From positions 960,001 through 1,024,000 of the forward strand of contig CBDASK010000003.1 in the NCBI GenBank assembly GCA_965199495.1: a DNA stretch of 64,000 bases. Direction: 5' to 3'. The notes beneath the pieces are model-generated. The model was given only the letters and a program-made list of their open reading frames with translations, was not told the DNA's origin and did no database searches. The position numbers and the translations under genes are program-made. Positions 9,353 to 19,500 of this stretch are shown piece after piece. Source of the DNA: Abditibacterium sp. (GTDB taxonomy: Bacteria; Armatimonadota; Abditibacteriia; Abditibacteriales; Abditibacteriaceae). Numbering within the stretch: position 1 is the stretch's first letter; each line of letters starts with the position of its first letter.

Positions 9353-9513
9353 GGAAAAGGCTCGCAAATCGCGTCCCGTGTATCGGCATTGGTGTTATGG
9401 CTAAGAAAAGTCAAATTAGGTGACACGTAACGCAGCGCCCAGCGTCATACTGCAAAGCAGCGAAAAAAGCTGATTGGCGCTGCCGGAGAAAGCGCACCCC
9501 ACAAGGATTTACT

Positions 9514-9810
9514 ATGCCCACACTTGGACCAATGGAATTGCTGATTATTGCCGGAGTCATCGTGCTTTTGTTTGGCAGCGCCAAACTGCCCCAACTCATG
9601 CGCGGCATGGGCGAAGGCATGAAGGAATTCAAGAAAGCCACGCGCGATGACGATGAACCCACCGCCGTCGCGCTCAACCCGATGGCCGAAAAAGAACGCG
9701 AATTGGATCGCGAACGCGAGCGTCTGCGCGAACGTGAACGCGAATTAGACCGCGAACGCGAACGCTTGACTTCCGGTTCTTCGTCTACAACCAACACCAA
9801 CAGCTTGTAA
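9514..9810 (+). CDS. tatA: Twin-arginine translocase TatA/E subunit
   Basis: LGPMELLII..VIVLLFG..KLPQL.RG.GEG.KEFKKA; AAGGA RBS. Confidence 0.92.
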   Translation: MPTLGPMELLIIAGVIVLLFGSAKLPQLMRGMGEGMKEFKKATRDDDEPTAVALNPMAEKERELDRERERLRERERELDRERERLTSGSSSTTNTNSL

Positions 9811-9826
9811 ATCCCGCTGCAATTGG

Positions 9827-9864
9827 AAAAACTCCGCCCGCCATTTTTGGTGCGCGGAGTTTTC
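9827..9864 (+). terminator. Putative intrinsic terminator after tatA
   Basis: GAAAACTCCGC...GCGGAGTTTTC stem. Confidence 0.55.
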
Positions 9865-9944
9865 GTTTATCCGGGCCAGACTTGCCTCGAAAAAACCGTT
9901 GATTTCGTCTTGAATGTCGCGCGCCTCTCAAATATAATTTTTTG

Positions 9945-10736
9945 ATGTCACTTTTTGGCAAAATTTTGCTGCTCGCTTCGGTTTCGCTTTTCGCGCCTTG
10001 CGCCCACGCCCAAACCGACAAAAAGCTGGCGGACACAATCCCGGCTTCTGTGGCGGCGACGATGCCGACGGGCGTTCTCGACATCGCGACTTACCGCCTC
10101 GCGCCCGCGCCCGGCGAGCCGCAGTTGCTGGTTCATCTGTGGTGCGCGCCGCGCCGCAATCCCGAAGGTTCGTATGGCTATGGGCCGGACTACTACACCG
10201 GCAAAATCACGCGCGAAGAAGCCGGAAATTCGGAGGGATTGCGCCCTTCGCCTTTCATTTACGACATTTTTGTATCCGACGGCAAAGGCGGCTGGGATTA
10301 TCGAAATTCTATTTTCCACAACGCCAACAGCACGCCCAGCGAGATTACCCTGCGGTATCTAAATAACCAAACCAAAAGCGGTTATGTCTTCGAGATCAAC
10401 GGATTTTATGGCGACGCTTCCATTGGTTATCGAAATGTGCGCACGCTTTATGTGTTCACCCATGCAAACTTTTATAGTGATTATTATCCTGAAACGGAAC
10501 AGATTTTAAGGCGCGATTTTAGCGACATCGTCAGACGGCATGTGCTATCGGGCCAAATCTACTACACATTCGACCGAGACGCGCGCGGCTACCTGCGAGT
10601 CAACAAATCCGAGGGCGATTTGGATTTGGAAACCCGGACGAGTTTCGACATACGAACGGTTTCCAAATGGGACGAGGAGGCAAAAGATTGGAAAGCGGGG
10701 CGCCCGGTGAGATTACCGGCGGAGATTAAAAGATAA
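9945..10736 (+). CDS. Secreted hypothetical protein, paralog 1
   Basis: Signal peptide ending AHA; block-wise similarity to the next ORF. Confidence 0.75.
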   Translation: MSLFGKILLLASVSLFAPCAHAQTDKKLADTIPASVAATMPTGVLDIATYRLAPAPGEPQLLVHLWCAPRRNPEGSYGYGPDYYTGKITREEAGNSEGLRPSPFIYDIFVSDGKGGWDYRNSIFHNANSTPSEITLRYLNNQTKSGYVFEINGFYGDASIGYRNVRTLYVFTHANFYSDYYPETEQILRRDFSDIVRRHVLSGQIYYTFDRDARGYLRVNKSEGDLDLETRTSFDIRTVSKWDEEAKDWKAGRPVRLPAEIKR

Positions 10737-10771
10737 GCGGGCGAGCATCGCTCCGCGCGTCCTCAACGTTT

Positions 10772-11515
10772 ATGTTCAAAATTTCCCATTTTCTTTGGCT
10801 CGCGTCGCTGCTTTTGGTGACGTCCGCGACGCAGGCGCAACCCGCCAGCAAAAAACTCCCGGCGCCCGTGGCTGCTACGATGCCGACGCGCATTCTCGAT
10901 ATCGCGACTTACCGCATTGCGCCCGCGCCCGGCGCGCCCAAAATGCTGATTCATCTGTGGGCCGCACCGCGCCGCAACCCAGATGCGGGCGGCACATTTC
11001 ATGCGCCTGCGGGCACTTTCAAAGGCAAAGTTACGGTTGCAGAGGTCAATTCGTTCGACAGTTTGTATACCACGGCATTTAACTATGACATCTTCGCACC
11101 CAACGGCAAAGGCGGCTGGAATTATCTCAATTCCATCATTTATATCGGCACTTCGGCACCTTCCGCGCCGGAGATCCGTTATTTGAACAACGTAACCAAG
11201 CAGGGATTGGTCTTGGAATTGGATCAATTCGGCGGGCAATATATCACCGAACGCACGCTTTATGTGCTGCGGAATTTGGAAGCGGGCAGCTCCTTTTTCA
11301 CACGCGATTTTTCTAATGTCCACCCACCCGCCAATTCGGGCGGCGTCAGTCAGGGCTTTGGCCGTGACGCGCGTGGCTATGTCCAACTCATCAAATCTGA
11401 AGCAGGTCAGGACGAGACAACCGGGAAACTTTTTAACACGCGAACAGTGTTCAACTGGGACGAGAACACGGGCGATTGGAAAGCCGGACGCCCCATCGTT
11501 AGCGAGCGAAAATAG
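10772..11515 (+). CDS. Secreted hypothetical protein, paralog 2
   Basis: Signal peptide ending TQA; shares LDIATYR.APAPG, HLW.APRRNP, YDIF, GKGGW.Y.NSI, RDARGY and DWKAGRP with paralog 1. Confidence 0.75.
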   Translation: MFKISHFLWLASLLLVTSATQAQPASKKLPAPVAATMPTRILDIATYRIAPAPGAPKMLIHLWAAPRRNPDAGGTFHAPAGTFKGKVTVAEVNSFDSLYTTAFNYDIFAPNGKGGWNYLNSIIYIGTSAPSAPEIRYLNNVTKQGLVLELDQFGGQYITERTLYVLRNLEAGSSFFTRDFSNVHPPANSGGVSQGFGRDARGYVQLIKSEAGQDETTGKLFNTRTVFNWDENTGDWKAGRPIVSERK

Positions 11516-11553
11516 CGTTGTAGAAACGTGCGATTGCCTTAAACTCTCGCGCG

Positions 11554-12720
11554 ATGACAATTCCCGATGGCCCCGCATTTTTCCCTTGGCGACGCGAGCA
11601 ATTTCCCTTTTTCCAGCATAAAATCTGCCTGACGCATGCCAGCGTGGCTCCCCTGCCCGCGCGCACGACAGAAGCGCTGGTAGATTTTTCGCGCCGATTA
11701 GCGCACGAAGGCCAGTTCGATTTCGTCAGCCAAGATATTTACGCGCGCGCCAAAGAACGCATCGCGCAAATGCTCGGCAACGGCGCGAAATCCAACGAGA
11801 TCGCGATGGCGAGTTCGACTTCGCACGCTCTGGGTTTGGTGGCGACTTCGTTTCCGTGGCAAGCGGGCGATAACTGCGTCGTCGTTGACGGCGATTTTCC
11901 GGCGAACGTGATCATCTGGAAGAATTTGGAGCCGACGCAAAACGTCGAAATTCGGATGGTGCCCTACCGCGAAAACAGCGAATGGACATGGGAAGATTTC
12001 GAGCCGTTATTGGACGAGCGCACGCGTTTGGTCGCGGTTTCGGCGGTCAATTTTCTGACCGGTTGTCCGTTGGATATTAAGACTTTGGGCGAGAAATTAC
12101 ATGCGCGCGGCATCGCTTTGTGCGTGGATGCGATTCAGGCGTTTGGCGCCGTGGCTACCGATTACAGCGCGGCGGACTTCGTGTGCGCCGACGCGCACAA
12201 ATGGATGCTGGGGCCGTTGGGCGCGGCGTTTACGTGGTTTTCGCCCAAATATCTGAGTCAGATGCGCCCACAAATTTTGGGCTGGCTCGCCGTCGCGGGC
12301 CGCGATAGTTGGTTCGATTATGGAATTGAACCGTTCCCGACTGCCGAGCGATTCGAGCCGGGCGCGCGCAATTATCTGGGCGTCGTCGGCATGGAAGCCT
12401 CGCTCGCGCTGTTGCAGGATGCTGGCATGGAAACAGTGGAAAAACGCGTGGTTGGTTTGCGCGATTACGGCGCGCAGAAATTGGCCGAAGTGGGCGCCAC
12501 AATTTTATGGCGCGGCGACGAAACCAAACCGAGCGGCACGGTTTCGTTTCAAGTTCCCGGCAAAGAGTTAAACGCGCTGTATCAACATTTGGACAAACAG
12601 TTCGCGGTCGCTTTGCGGCCCGACCGCGCGAAGCAGAATTGGATTCGGGTTTCGGCGCATTTCATGAATTGCGAAGACGATTTGGACGAGTTGGCGGCGG
12701 CGGTTAAAGCGTTCGGATAA
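11554..12720 (+). CDS. Class V PLP-dependent aminotransferase (cysteine desulfurase/selenocysteine lyase-like)
   Basis: CVDAIQAFG, DAHKWMLGP.G, AERFEPG, IRVSAHF.N..DD. Confidence 0.85.
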   Translation: MTIPDGPAFFPWRREQFPFFQHKICLTHASVAPLPARTTEALVDFSRRLAHEGQFDFVSQDIYARAKERIAQMLGNGAKSNEIAMASSTSHALGLVATSFPWQAGDNCVVVDGDFPANVIIWKNLEPTQNVEIRMVPYRENSEWTWEDFEPLLDERTRLVAVSAVNFLTGCPLDIKTLGEKLHARGIALCVDAIQAFGAVATDYSAADFVCADAHKWMLGPLGAAFTWFSPKYLSQMRPQILGWLAVAGRDSWFDYGIEPFPTAERFEPGARNYLGVVGMEASLALLQDAGMETVEKRVVGLRDYGAQKLAEVGATILWRGDETKPSGTVSFQVPGKELNALYQHLDKQFAVALRPDRAKQNWIRVSAHFMNCEDDLDELAAAVKAFG

Positions 12721-12759
12721 ACCAAATTTAACGTGTTTGGTTTAAACTATTCTCATCTC

Positions 12760-14271
12760 ATGGCCAATATTTCCCGTCGTCAATTTTTGCAATCAGCCGG
12801 TGGCGTCACGTTTCTGGCGCTGACACCGATTGCCCGCAGCCTGTTCGCCGCGACCGATAATAACAACGCGAAGTGGCCGCTTTTCACCGCTCTACCCTAT
12901 GTGCAGCCGGGCGCCAACTCGAAACTCATTGAGAACGCCGAAACCTTCGTCATCGCGTGGCAAACTGAAGCCAAAGCCGCCGATTTTCGCTGCGAATACG
13001 GCACGACCGAGCGTTACGGCCAGAGCGCGCCCATCGAGCAAACCAAAGTCTGGGCGGGCAACGAGGAAAAAGATGGGCGCATTCACTATAGTGCGCATCC
13101 GACGAAGTTGAAATTGGGCACGCGCTACTATTATCGCGTTTGGTGCAACGGCGAAGAATTGTTCGCGGGCTACCTCACGACGAGGCAGCCACGCGGGACG
13201 CGCATTCGCTTCGCCACGTTTGGCGACAACTCGTATGGCGGCGATGCAGACCGCGCCATCGCGTTTCGGACTTACGAGCAGCATCCCGATTTCGTGATGA
13301 ATACCGGCGATAACGTCTATGACGGCGGGCGCAACGGCGAATACGAAGACCATTGGTTTCCGATTTACAACAACGACAAAGCCTCGCCCGAAACCGGCGC
13401 GCCACTTTTGCGCAGCGTGCCGTTTTATACAGTGCTGGCCAATCACGATGTGCGCGACCAGAAACCGGGCGGCGGGCCGTGCGCCAACTTCGACCGCGAG
13501 CGTGATTATCTGGCGTATTACACCGCGATGCACCTGCCGATGAACGGGCCGCAACCACCGTTTCCCACGACTTGCATCGGCGACGAAGGCCGCATCCAAG
13601 ATTTCAAGCGCGCGGCGGGCGCGCGCTATCCGAAAATGGCGAACTATTCTTACGATTACGGCGACGCCCATTTTCTCTGCATGGATTCCAATGTATACGT
13701 TGATCCAAGCGACGAAGGTATGATTCAATGGATCGAAAACGATTTAAAATCAACCGACGCAATATGGAAATTCGTGACGTTTCATCATCCGGCGTATAAC
13801 GTCGGTAATGCCCATTTTAAGGAACAACATATGCGCGTTTTATCGCCGCTCTTCGAGAAACATAACGTGGATTTTGTGTTGCACGGACACGAGCATAACT
13901 ATCAGCGCACCAAACCATTTCGGTTCGCGTCCGGTGATGAATCAAAGGTTCATAAAATCAATTCGAGCGACCGTTTAATTCCGGGCCAATTCACCATTGA
14001 CAACGCATTCGATGGCGCCAAAAACAACAAACCTCAAGGTATTATTTATCTGACGACGGGCGCGGGCGGCGCGCATCTTTACGATACCGAATTCACCAAC
14101 GATCCATCGAAGTGGCTGCATCCGCAAGACGATAATGCGCCCTATGTCGCGCAAGTTTTCGCCGACCGCCATTCGCTCACGATTTTCGAGATCGCGGGCA
14201 AAACGTTGGACATGAAACAGGTGGACGAAAACGGAAAAATCATAGATCGATTGCGCGTGAAAAAAGCGTAA
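12760..14271 (+). CDS. Tat-exported purple acid phosphatase-like metallophosphoesterase
   Basis: SRRQFL leader, FN3-like N-domain, FGD, TGDNVY, ANHD, FHHP, HGHEHNYQR. Confidence 0.88.
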   Translation: MANISRRQFLQSAGGVTFLALTPIARSLFAATDNNNAKWPLFTALPYVQPGANSKLIENAETFVIAWQTEAKAADFRCEYGTTERYGQSAPIEQTKVWAGNEEKDGRIHYSAHPTKLKLGTRYYYRVWCNGEELFAGYLTTRQPRGTRIRFATFGDNSYGGDADRAIAFRTYEQHPDFVMNTGDNVYDGGRNGEYEDHWFPIYNNDKASPETGAPLLRSVPFYTVLANHDVRDQKPGGGPCANFDRERDYLAYYTAMHLPMNGPQPPFPTTCIGDEGRIQDFKRAAGARYPKMANYSYDYGDAHFLCMDSNVYVDPSDEGMIQWIENDLKSTDAIWKFVTFHHPAYNVGNAHFKEQHMRVLSPLFEKHNVDFVLHGHEHNYQRTKPFRFASGDESKVHKINSSDRLIPGQFTIDNAFDGAKNNKPQGIIYLTTGAGGAHLYDTEFTNDPSKWLHPQDDNAPYVAQVFADRHSLTIFEIAGKTLDMKQVDENGKIIDRLRVKKA

Positions 14272-14280
14272 ATTTTGATA

Positions 14281-14380
14281 GCCACGAAAAGGCACAAAAA
14301 CAACAAAAAGTTTAGAAGAACTCGCCAAAAATAAAGAAAGTTCGTCCAAACCTTTTGTTGTTTTTGTGCCTTTTCGTGGC
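14281..14380. repeat. Palindromic element family C
   Basis: GCCACGAAAAGGCACAAAAACAACAAAA / TTTTGTTGTTTTTGTGCCTTTTCGTGGC between convergent stops. Confidence 0.85.
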
Positions 14381-14385
14381 CAATT

Positions 14386-16452
14386 CTAATTCGCCTCAAT
14401 CGGAAACGCGACTTTGCGTTTCGTCGCTCGCAACGCGCCGTTTAGAATCGCTTTTTCGTCTTCGCCGACATCTTCGCCGCGCGCGATTTTCCCCGTCACC
14501 ATTTCCAAAACTTCGGCCTCGGTTTGCAAAGCCCAGTGATACTCGACGCGCCAAATCCAATCGTTGATAATTTCTTCGGTTGATTCGGCGGAAAGTTCGG
14601 GCGACAGCATGACTTCGGCAACGAGCGATTGCGCGTCGCGACCCAGCAATCCGTTGAATTCCATCGGATTGATTTCTTCGCCTTCGGCGATGCCGCGCGC
14701 CGCGATGTAAATTTCGGCGTGCGTCTCGTTCGTCCATTTGGCGAGCGGCAGATGCTCCAAAATATATTCGCGCCACACGGCGTGGCTGAGCATCATGCCG
14801 ATGAGATTTTTCTCGGCGCGCACGACTCCCAATGGCACATCGGGCGCGACAATGGATTGCGTGGCTTCGCGCAAGTCGTCGGCGTCTTTCTCGCGTTCTC
14901 GCTGGCGCTCTTGCTGTTTTTGCGCCCAAACCGAATTTTGCTGGCGCTTTTCGCCGCCACCAAATCGGCCCGGTTTGTCGCCATTGCCCAACGTCGCGCC
15001 GGGCGCACCGGCTTCGCGCAAGCGTTGGCTGGCGCCCTGCGCCGTCGAATCGGCGCGCAGTTCGCTTTCGACCAGACTTTCGATGCGCGTGCGCCGCTTT
15101 TCCCAATCGTTGCGATTGGTCGGGCGTTCGAGATTTAACAGCGTGTCAACCAAGAAATTGACGTAGCCTTCGCGCTCGATTTTATCCGAAATATCGTTGA
15201 CGATTTCGGCGGCTTCGTGCATCGCCACGGCGCGCTCGGCCAAGTCGCTCATATCGTGCGAATTGACGACGCTTTGCAAGCGAAAGCGCGCCAGAGGCAC
15301 CGCTTCTTCCAAGCCCTGCGCGAAACTGTCGCGCCCGAACTCGCGAATAAACGTGTCGGGATCGTGATCTTCGGGCATCGCCACAACGCGCACATCGAGC
15401 GAATTGCTGGCGAAGAGCGGCGCCGTTCTGAGCGCCGCGCGCATCCCGGCGCTGTCGCCGTCGAAGCACAGCCACACCGTTTTGGGTGCCATGCGCTTGA
15501 GCAAATGAACGTGTTGTGCCGTCAACGCCGTGCCCAAAGTCGCCACCGTGTTGGGAAAATCGGCTTCGTGCAACGCGATGGCGTCCATGTAACCTTCGGT
15601 GATGATTACGCCGTCGCGCTTGGAAACTTCGGGGCGCGCGATGTGCCAGGCGAACAGAACCTGCGATTTATGAAACAGATCGGATTCGGGCGAGTTGATA
15701 TATTTCGCGTCCGAATTGGCGACTGCGCCGCCTTCCAACGCGCGCCCGCCAAACGCGATAACGCGTCCCGATTCGTCCCAAATCGGAAACATCAAACGGT
15801 GACGATAACGATCATACGCGCGGCGTGGCTGCTGTTTGGCGGGCGCGAACAAACCGCCGATTTCTTCTTCGTCCGACTTTTTCTCGATCAGCATTCCGCT
15901 CGCGATGCAATCGTCGTCGGCAAAGCCGTATTTGCGCGCCAGCGTATTTTTCAGTTCGTCCCACGCGTCGGGCGCGTAGCCGATGCCAAACTTCTCCAAA
16001 GTCTCGCGCGATAAACCGCGTTTGCGCGCGTAATCGCGCGCGATGAGACCGGCGTTGCCCTGAAATTGCTCGCGATAAAAGTGCGCCGAAGCCGCCATGA
16101 CTTTCAATAATCGGTCGCGCTGCGAGAGTTCTTCTTTCTGCTCCGCCGTCATTTCGCGCCGTTCGGGAATCTTGACGCCATAACGTTCGCCAAGCATTCG
16201 CCGCGCATCGGGAAACGTCAGGTTTTCTTGCTCCATCAAAAAGGTGAAACAATCGCCGCTTTTTCCGCAGCCGAAACATTTATAGAAACCTTTGTCGCGC
16301 GAAACATTAAACGACGGCGTTTTCTCGTCGTGAAACGGGCAACACGCCTTAAAGCGGTCGCCGCCCGCCGCTTTAAGTTGCACGTATTGGCCGATAATCT
16401 CGACCAAATCGGCGCGGCGGCGTATTTCTTCGGTTATCGGGTCTTGAGCCAT
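14386..16452 (-). CDS. dnaG: DNA primase
   Basis: CPFHDEKTPSF..CFGCG Zn ribbon, RLMFPI, FGGR, KYINSPES, EGYMD, CFDGD.AG, DPD; start at MAQDP. Confidence 0.97.
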   Translation of the reverse strand: MAQDPITEEIRRRADLVEIIGQYVQLKAAGGDRFKACCPFHDEKTPSFNVSRDKGFYKCFGCGKSGDCFTFLMEQENLTFPDARRMLGERYGVKIPERREMTAEQKEELSQRDRLLKVMAASAHFYREQFQGNAGLIARDYARKRGLSRETLEKFGIGYAPDAWDELKNTLARKYGFADDDCIASGMLIEKKSDEEEIGGLFAPAKQQPRRAYDRYRHRLMFPIWDESGRVIAFGGRALEGGAVANSDAKYINSPESDLFHKSQVLFAWHIARPEVSKRDGVIITEGYMDAIALHEADFPNTVATLGTALTAQHVHLLKRMAPKTVWLCFDGDSAGMRAALRTAPLFASNSLDVRVVAMPEDHDPDTFIREFGRDSFAQGLEEAVPLARFRLQSVVNSHDMSDLAERAVAMHEAAEIVNDISDKIEREGYVNFLVDTLLNLERPTNRNDWEKRRTRIESLVESELRADSTAQGASQRLREAGAPGATLGNGDKPGRFGGGEKRQQNSVWAQKQQERQREREKDADDLREATQSIVAPDVPLGVVRAEKNLIGMMLSHAVWREYILEHLPLAKWTNETHAEIYIAARGIAEGEEINPMEFNGLLGRDAQSLVAEVMLSPELSAESTEEIINDWIWRVEYHWALQTEAEVLEMVTGKIARGEDVGEDEKAILNGALRATKRKVAFPIEAN

Positions 16453-16553
16453 GCGAGAGAGTTTAATTGGGCGCGTGCGTAGATTCACGCGCCCGCTTTG
16501 AGGCAGAAGGCAGATGAAAAGAAATTCTCTAAACGGATGGGCGCCCTCGCTCT

Positions 16554-19500
16554 TCAAATCTGCTTTGAGCGCCGCTTAACTGGCACAACGGCGGCTTGGG
16601 CATCGGCGGCGAAAGAAATCGCGGCTTGAACGGCCTCGGCCCTGTAGTTTTGGTCGAAGGGCCGGTTTTCCAGCGTGGCGGCGAGCATCTCCAAGGCTTC
16701 TCGGCGTGGGAGCGGGTCGGCTCCGGCCAGAGGATCGCCTACTAATAAGCAATCGAGGCAACCTTCTTCGCAACGCGCGTCGTGTTCGGGCGAAACGTAA
16801 AGCGTTTGACGCGCGGCTTCAAGCCATTCGCGGCCCAGTTCGGCGAGTTGCAAAACGTGTCCGGCGCCGCCCGGCGTGTTGTCGAACAGAAAAATCGCCA
16901 AGCCTTCGGTCGTCGACGTCACGAAGGCGCCGAGTTCGCGCGCGTCGAGTTCGAGCAGACGCGCGCCCGCGATTTTCAGCGACAATGCCAGCGTTTCCAT
17001 CAGTCGCCTTTTCGAAGCGAAACCGCCCAGCGCGCGCGAAAAATCGAGTTGCAATGCGTCGGTGGTTTCTTTGGCAGCCAGAGTTTGGCGCCGCAAAACG
17101 GGCGCTTCGCCATCGCTCCAACAGCGCCATTTGTCGTTGGGCGCGTCAATGCGCGCGTGTTCGGCGAAGCGTTTCGGCAAATTCGTCCGTCCGTCGCCGT
17201 TGGCTTTGGCTTCGCTGTCGGCGAACCCGCATTTGGTGCAAATGGCGAATCCCAGATTCTTTTCGCCGCCGTTGGCCACCAAAATCTCGCCGTCTTCTTT
17301 ATAATCGGCGTGCAGATGCAAAACGCCGCCAAAGTCGTCCCAGAAGTGCGAAGCCTCGCCGACAGCAAACGTCGTGCTTTCGGGCAAAACCACGCCGACG
17401 CGCTCGACATCCTGCGAAACCGCACGCGGCGGATTCCACGCCGCGCCGGTAAAACCAAAACGCGGCAACAGCAAGGCGCGCGGCGTTTCGCGGGGCGGAT
17501 TCTGACAAATCGGGCACAACCCAACTTCGCCCTGCGTTTCGTAGAAAAAGTGGCCGTTGACACAGCGCGCCGACTGACCGCTAAACCCGATGGCAACGTT
17601 CAAGTTGGCGCCCGTCCAATGTTTGAGCAAGCCGTGTGAAGTCACCAATTTGCCGCCGACCAACAGCTTCGAGCCGGGCACATATTCGCGCAGAGCCATA
17701 ATTCCGGCGCGCTCCAAGCGGAACTTGTCTTCTTCCACGACTTTGCGGCGTTGCGTGTTTTCTTCGCCGTTTTTGCCTTCATCGAGTGCCAAAACTCGCA
17801 ATTTCTGAAGGCCAATCGGAAAACCGTAGCGCGGCAAAAACTGGCGGTCGGCCAAAGTCTCGATGACCGTGGTGTCATACATCGCCTCCATCTGATAACG
17901 CAACGCCGCCGCGATGCGCCAGACCGCGCCCGTCGGGTCGCTCGCATCGAGCGCGCCCCAAGCGGCCAAAAGCTCTTGATAATCGTTCTTCCAAACCGTG
18001 ACTTTCTCGCCGAATTCGAGCAGCAACGTCTTGAGCAGAACATTCCATTGCGATGCATCGCTTTGCAGTTGCTCGCCAACGGGCGTGCCGCGCGTCAGCT
18101 TTTTGGCGCGCTCGAAAAGCTCGGTTTCATCGCCGATTGATTTGAGAAATGTTTCAAACTTTGCGGCCAAACCGCCGCCGATAGTGCCGTAGTTGGGTTT
18201 GGCCTCGTTTTTCCGCCAACGAATGGGCGCGGGCGCGCCCATAAAACCGCCCATTTTTCCGTAGGCCGTCATCGCTCCAGTGCGTTGCTCTTGCGCTTGC
18301 GAACGCGCGAAAAATTCGCCCAACAAAAATGCGGCGAGATGACGCCGCGCCACGCGCTCGCGGCCCAAGTTGACGCGTGGCACGCGCAACTGTCGGCCCA
18401 GATAATCGCCGAAACGCGCGAAAACTTCGCGGTCGAAGGGCGTGGGTTTGGTGTGAGTGAGCGCCAGCGACGAACCATCGGCGCGGCGTCCGGCGCGGCC
18501 CGCGCGCTGAAAATAATTGGCTGGGCCGGGCGGCACGTTCGACATAAAAACCGCGCCCAAACCGCCGATGTCAATGCCCATTTCGAGCGTCGTTGTCGAA
18601 GACAACACGTTGCGCGCGCCGACTTTGAACAGGTCTTGCAAACGCCGGTTTTCGGGCGGCGAAAGCTGCGCCGAATGTTCTTCGGCCCACAGACCAATTG
18701 AGAAAACTGGATCGCTCAGAAACTCACGCCGCAAGCGTCCCAAACGTGGATGCGCATCGAGTTGCTCCGGCGTGGCTGCCATCAGCGCCTTCGCGCCGAT
18801 TTCAGGCGCGGCTCCGGCCACGCTGCGCGCGAACGCCCAACCCGTCGTCGGGCACAGAAAAACGTCGAGCGGCGCACGCAGTCCCAATTTGTCAAAACGC
18901 AGACGAATCGCCTCAATCGAAAGCGTCTTGGTTTGGCCGGTTCGCACTTCGCGCTTATCTTTTTCAAGCCACGACAAATCGGCGTTTAAAAGCTGTTGCC
19001 ACGCCGCCTCCAACACATTTCGATAGAGATTGATGCGTGCAATTTCATCCAAACCGAGGCGTTCCAAAACGTCGAGCGTGAAACGCGAGCGCCGGTGCCG
19101 TTGGGTTTCGCCAATGAAGCGTCCCAAACGCAGACCAAAAATTTGATTTTCGCAGCACCAGCGTCCCAGAGGAATGTAGCCGCTCGAAAACTCTTCGTCC
19201 GCAACGTCGTCGCCCAAGGTCAGAAACCCCTCGGCGCGCATTGTATCGAGCAACGCCGCCAGATAATCGCTCCAATGCGCGCGCAAACCGTTTAGCGTGG
19301 CGCCGCTTAGGATGCCCGCGAGTTGCGGCGGCACTTGCAATTCAGCGAGACCGGGATAGGTGATTTCGGCCAATCCCAGCGTTTCGACCGAGGTGCCGTC
19401 GTTGCCGCGCGCGGCGAGTTGCGCGCCCATCAATAGGCGCAATCGCTTCTTGATTTCTCTGGCGTTTTTCTCCCATCTATCCTGAATCCAATCGCCCGCC

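Noticed and set aside
9420..9500. Structured RNA leader before tatA (GCAGCGCC...GGCGCTGC)
   Set aside because: A single 8-bp stem in GC-rich DNA; no known motif, so not enough support.
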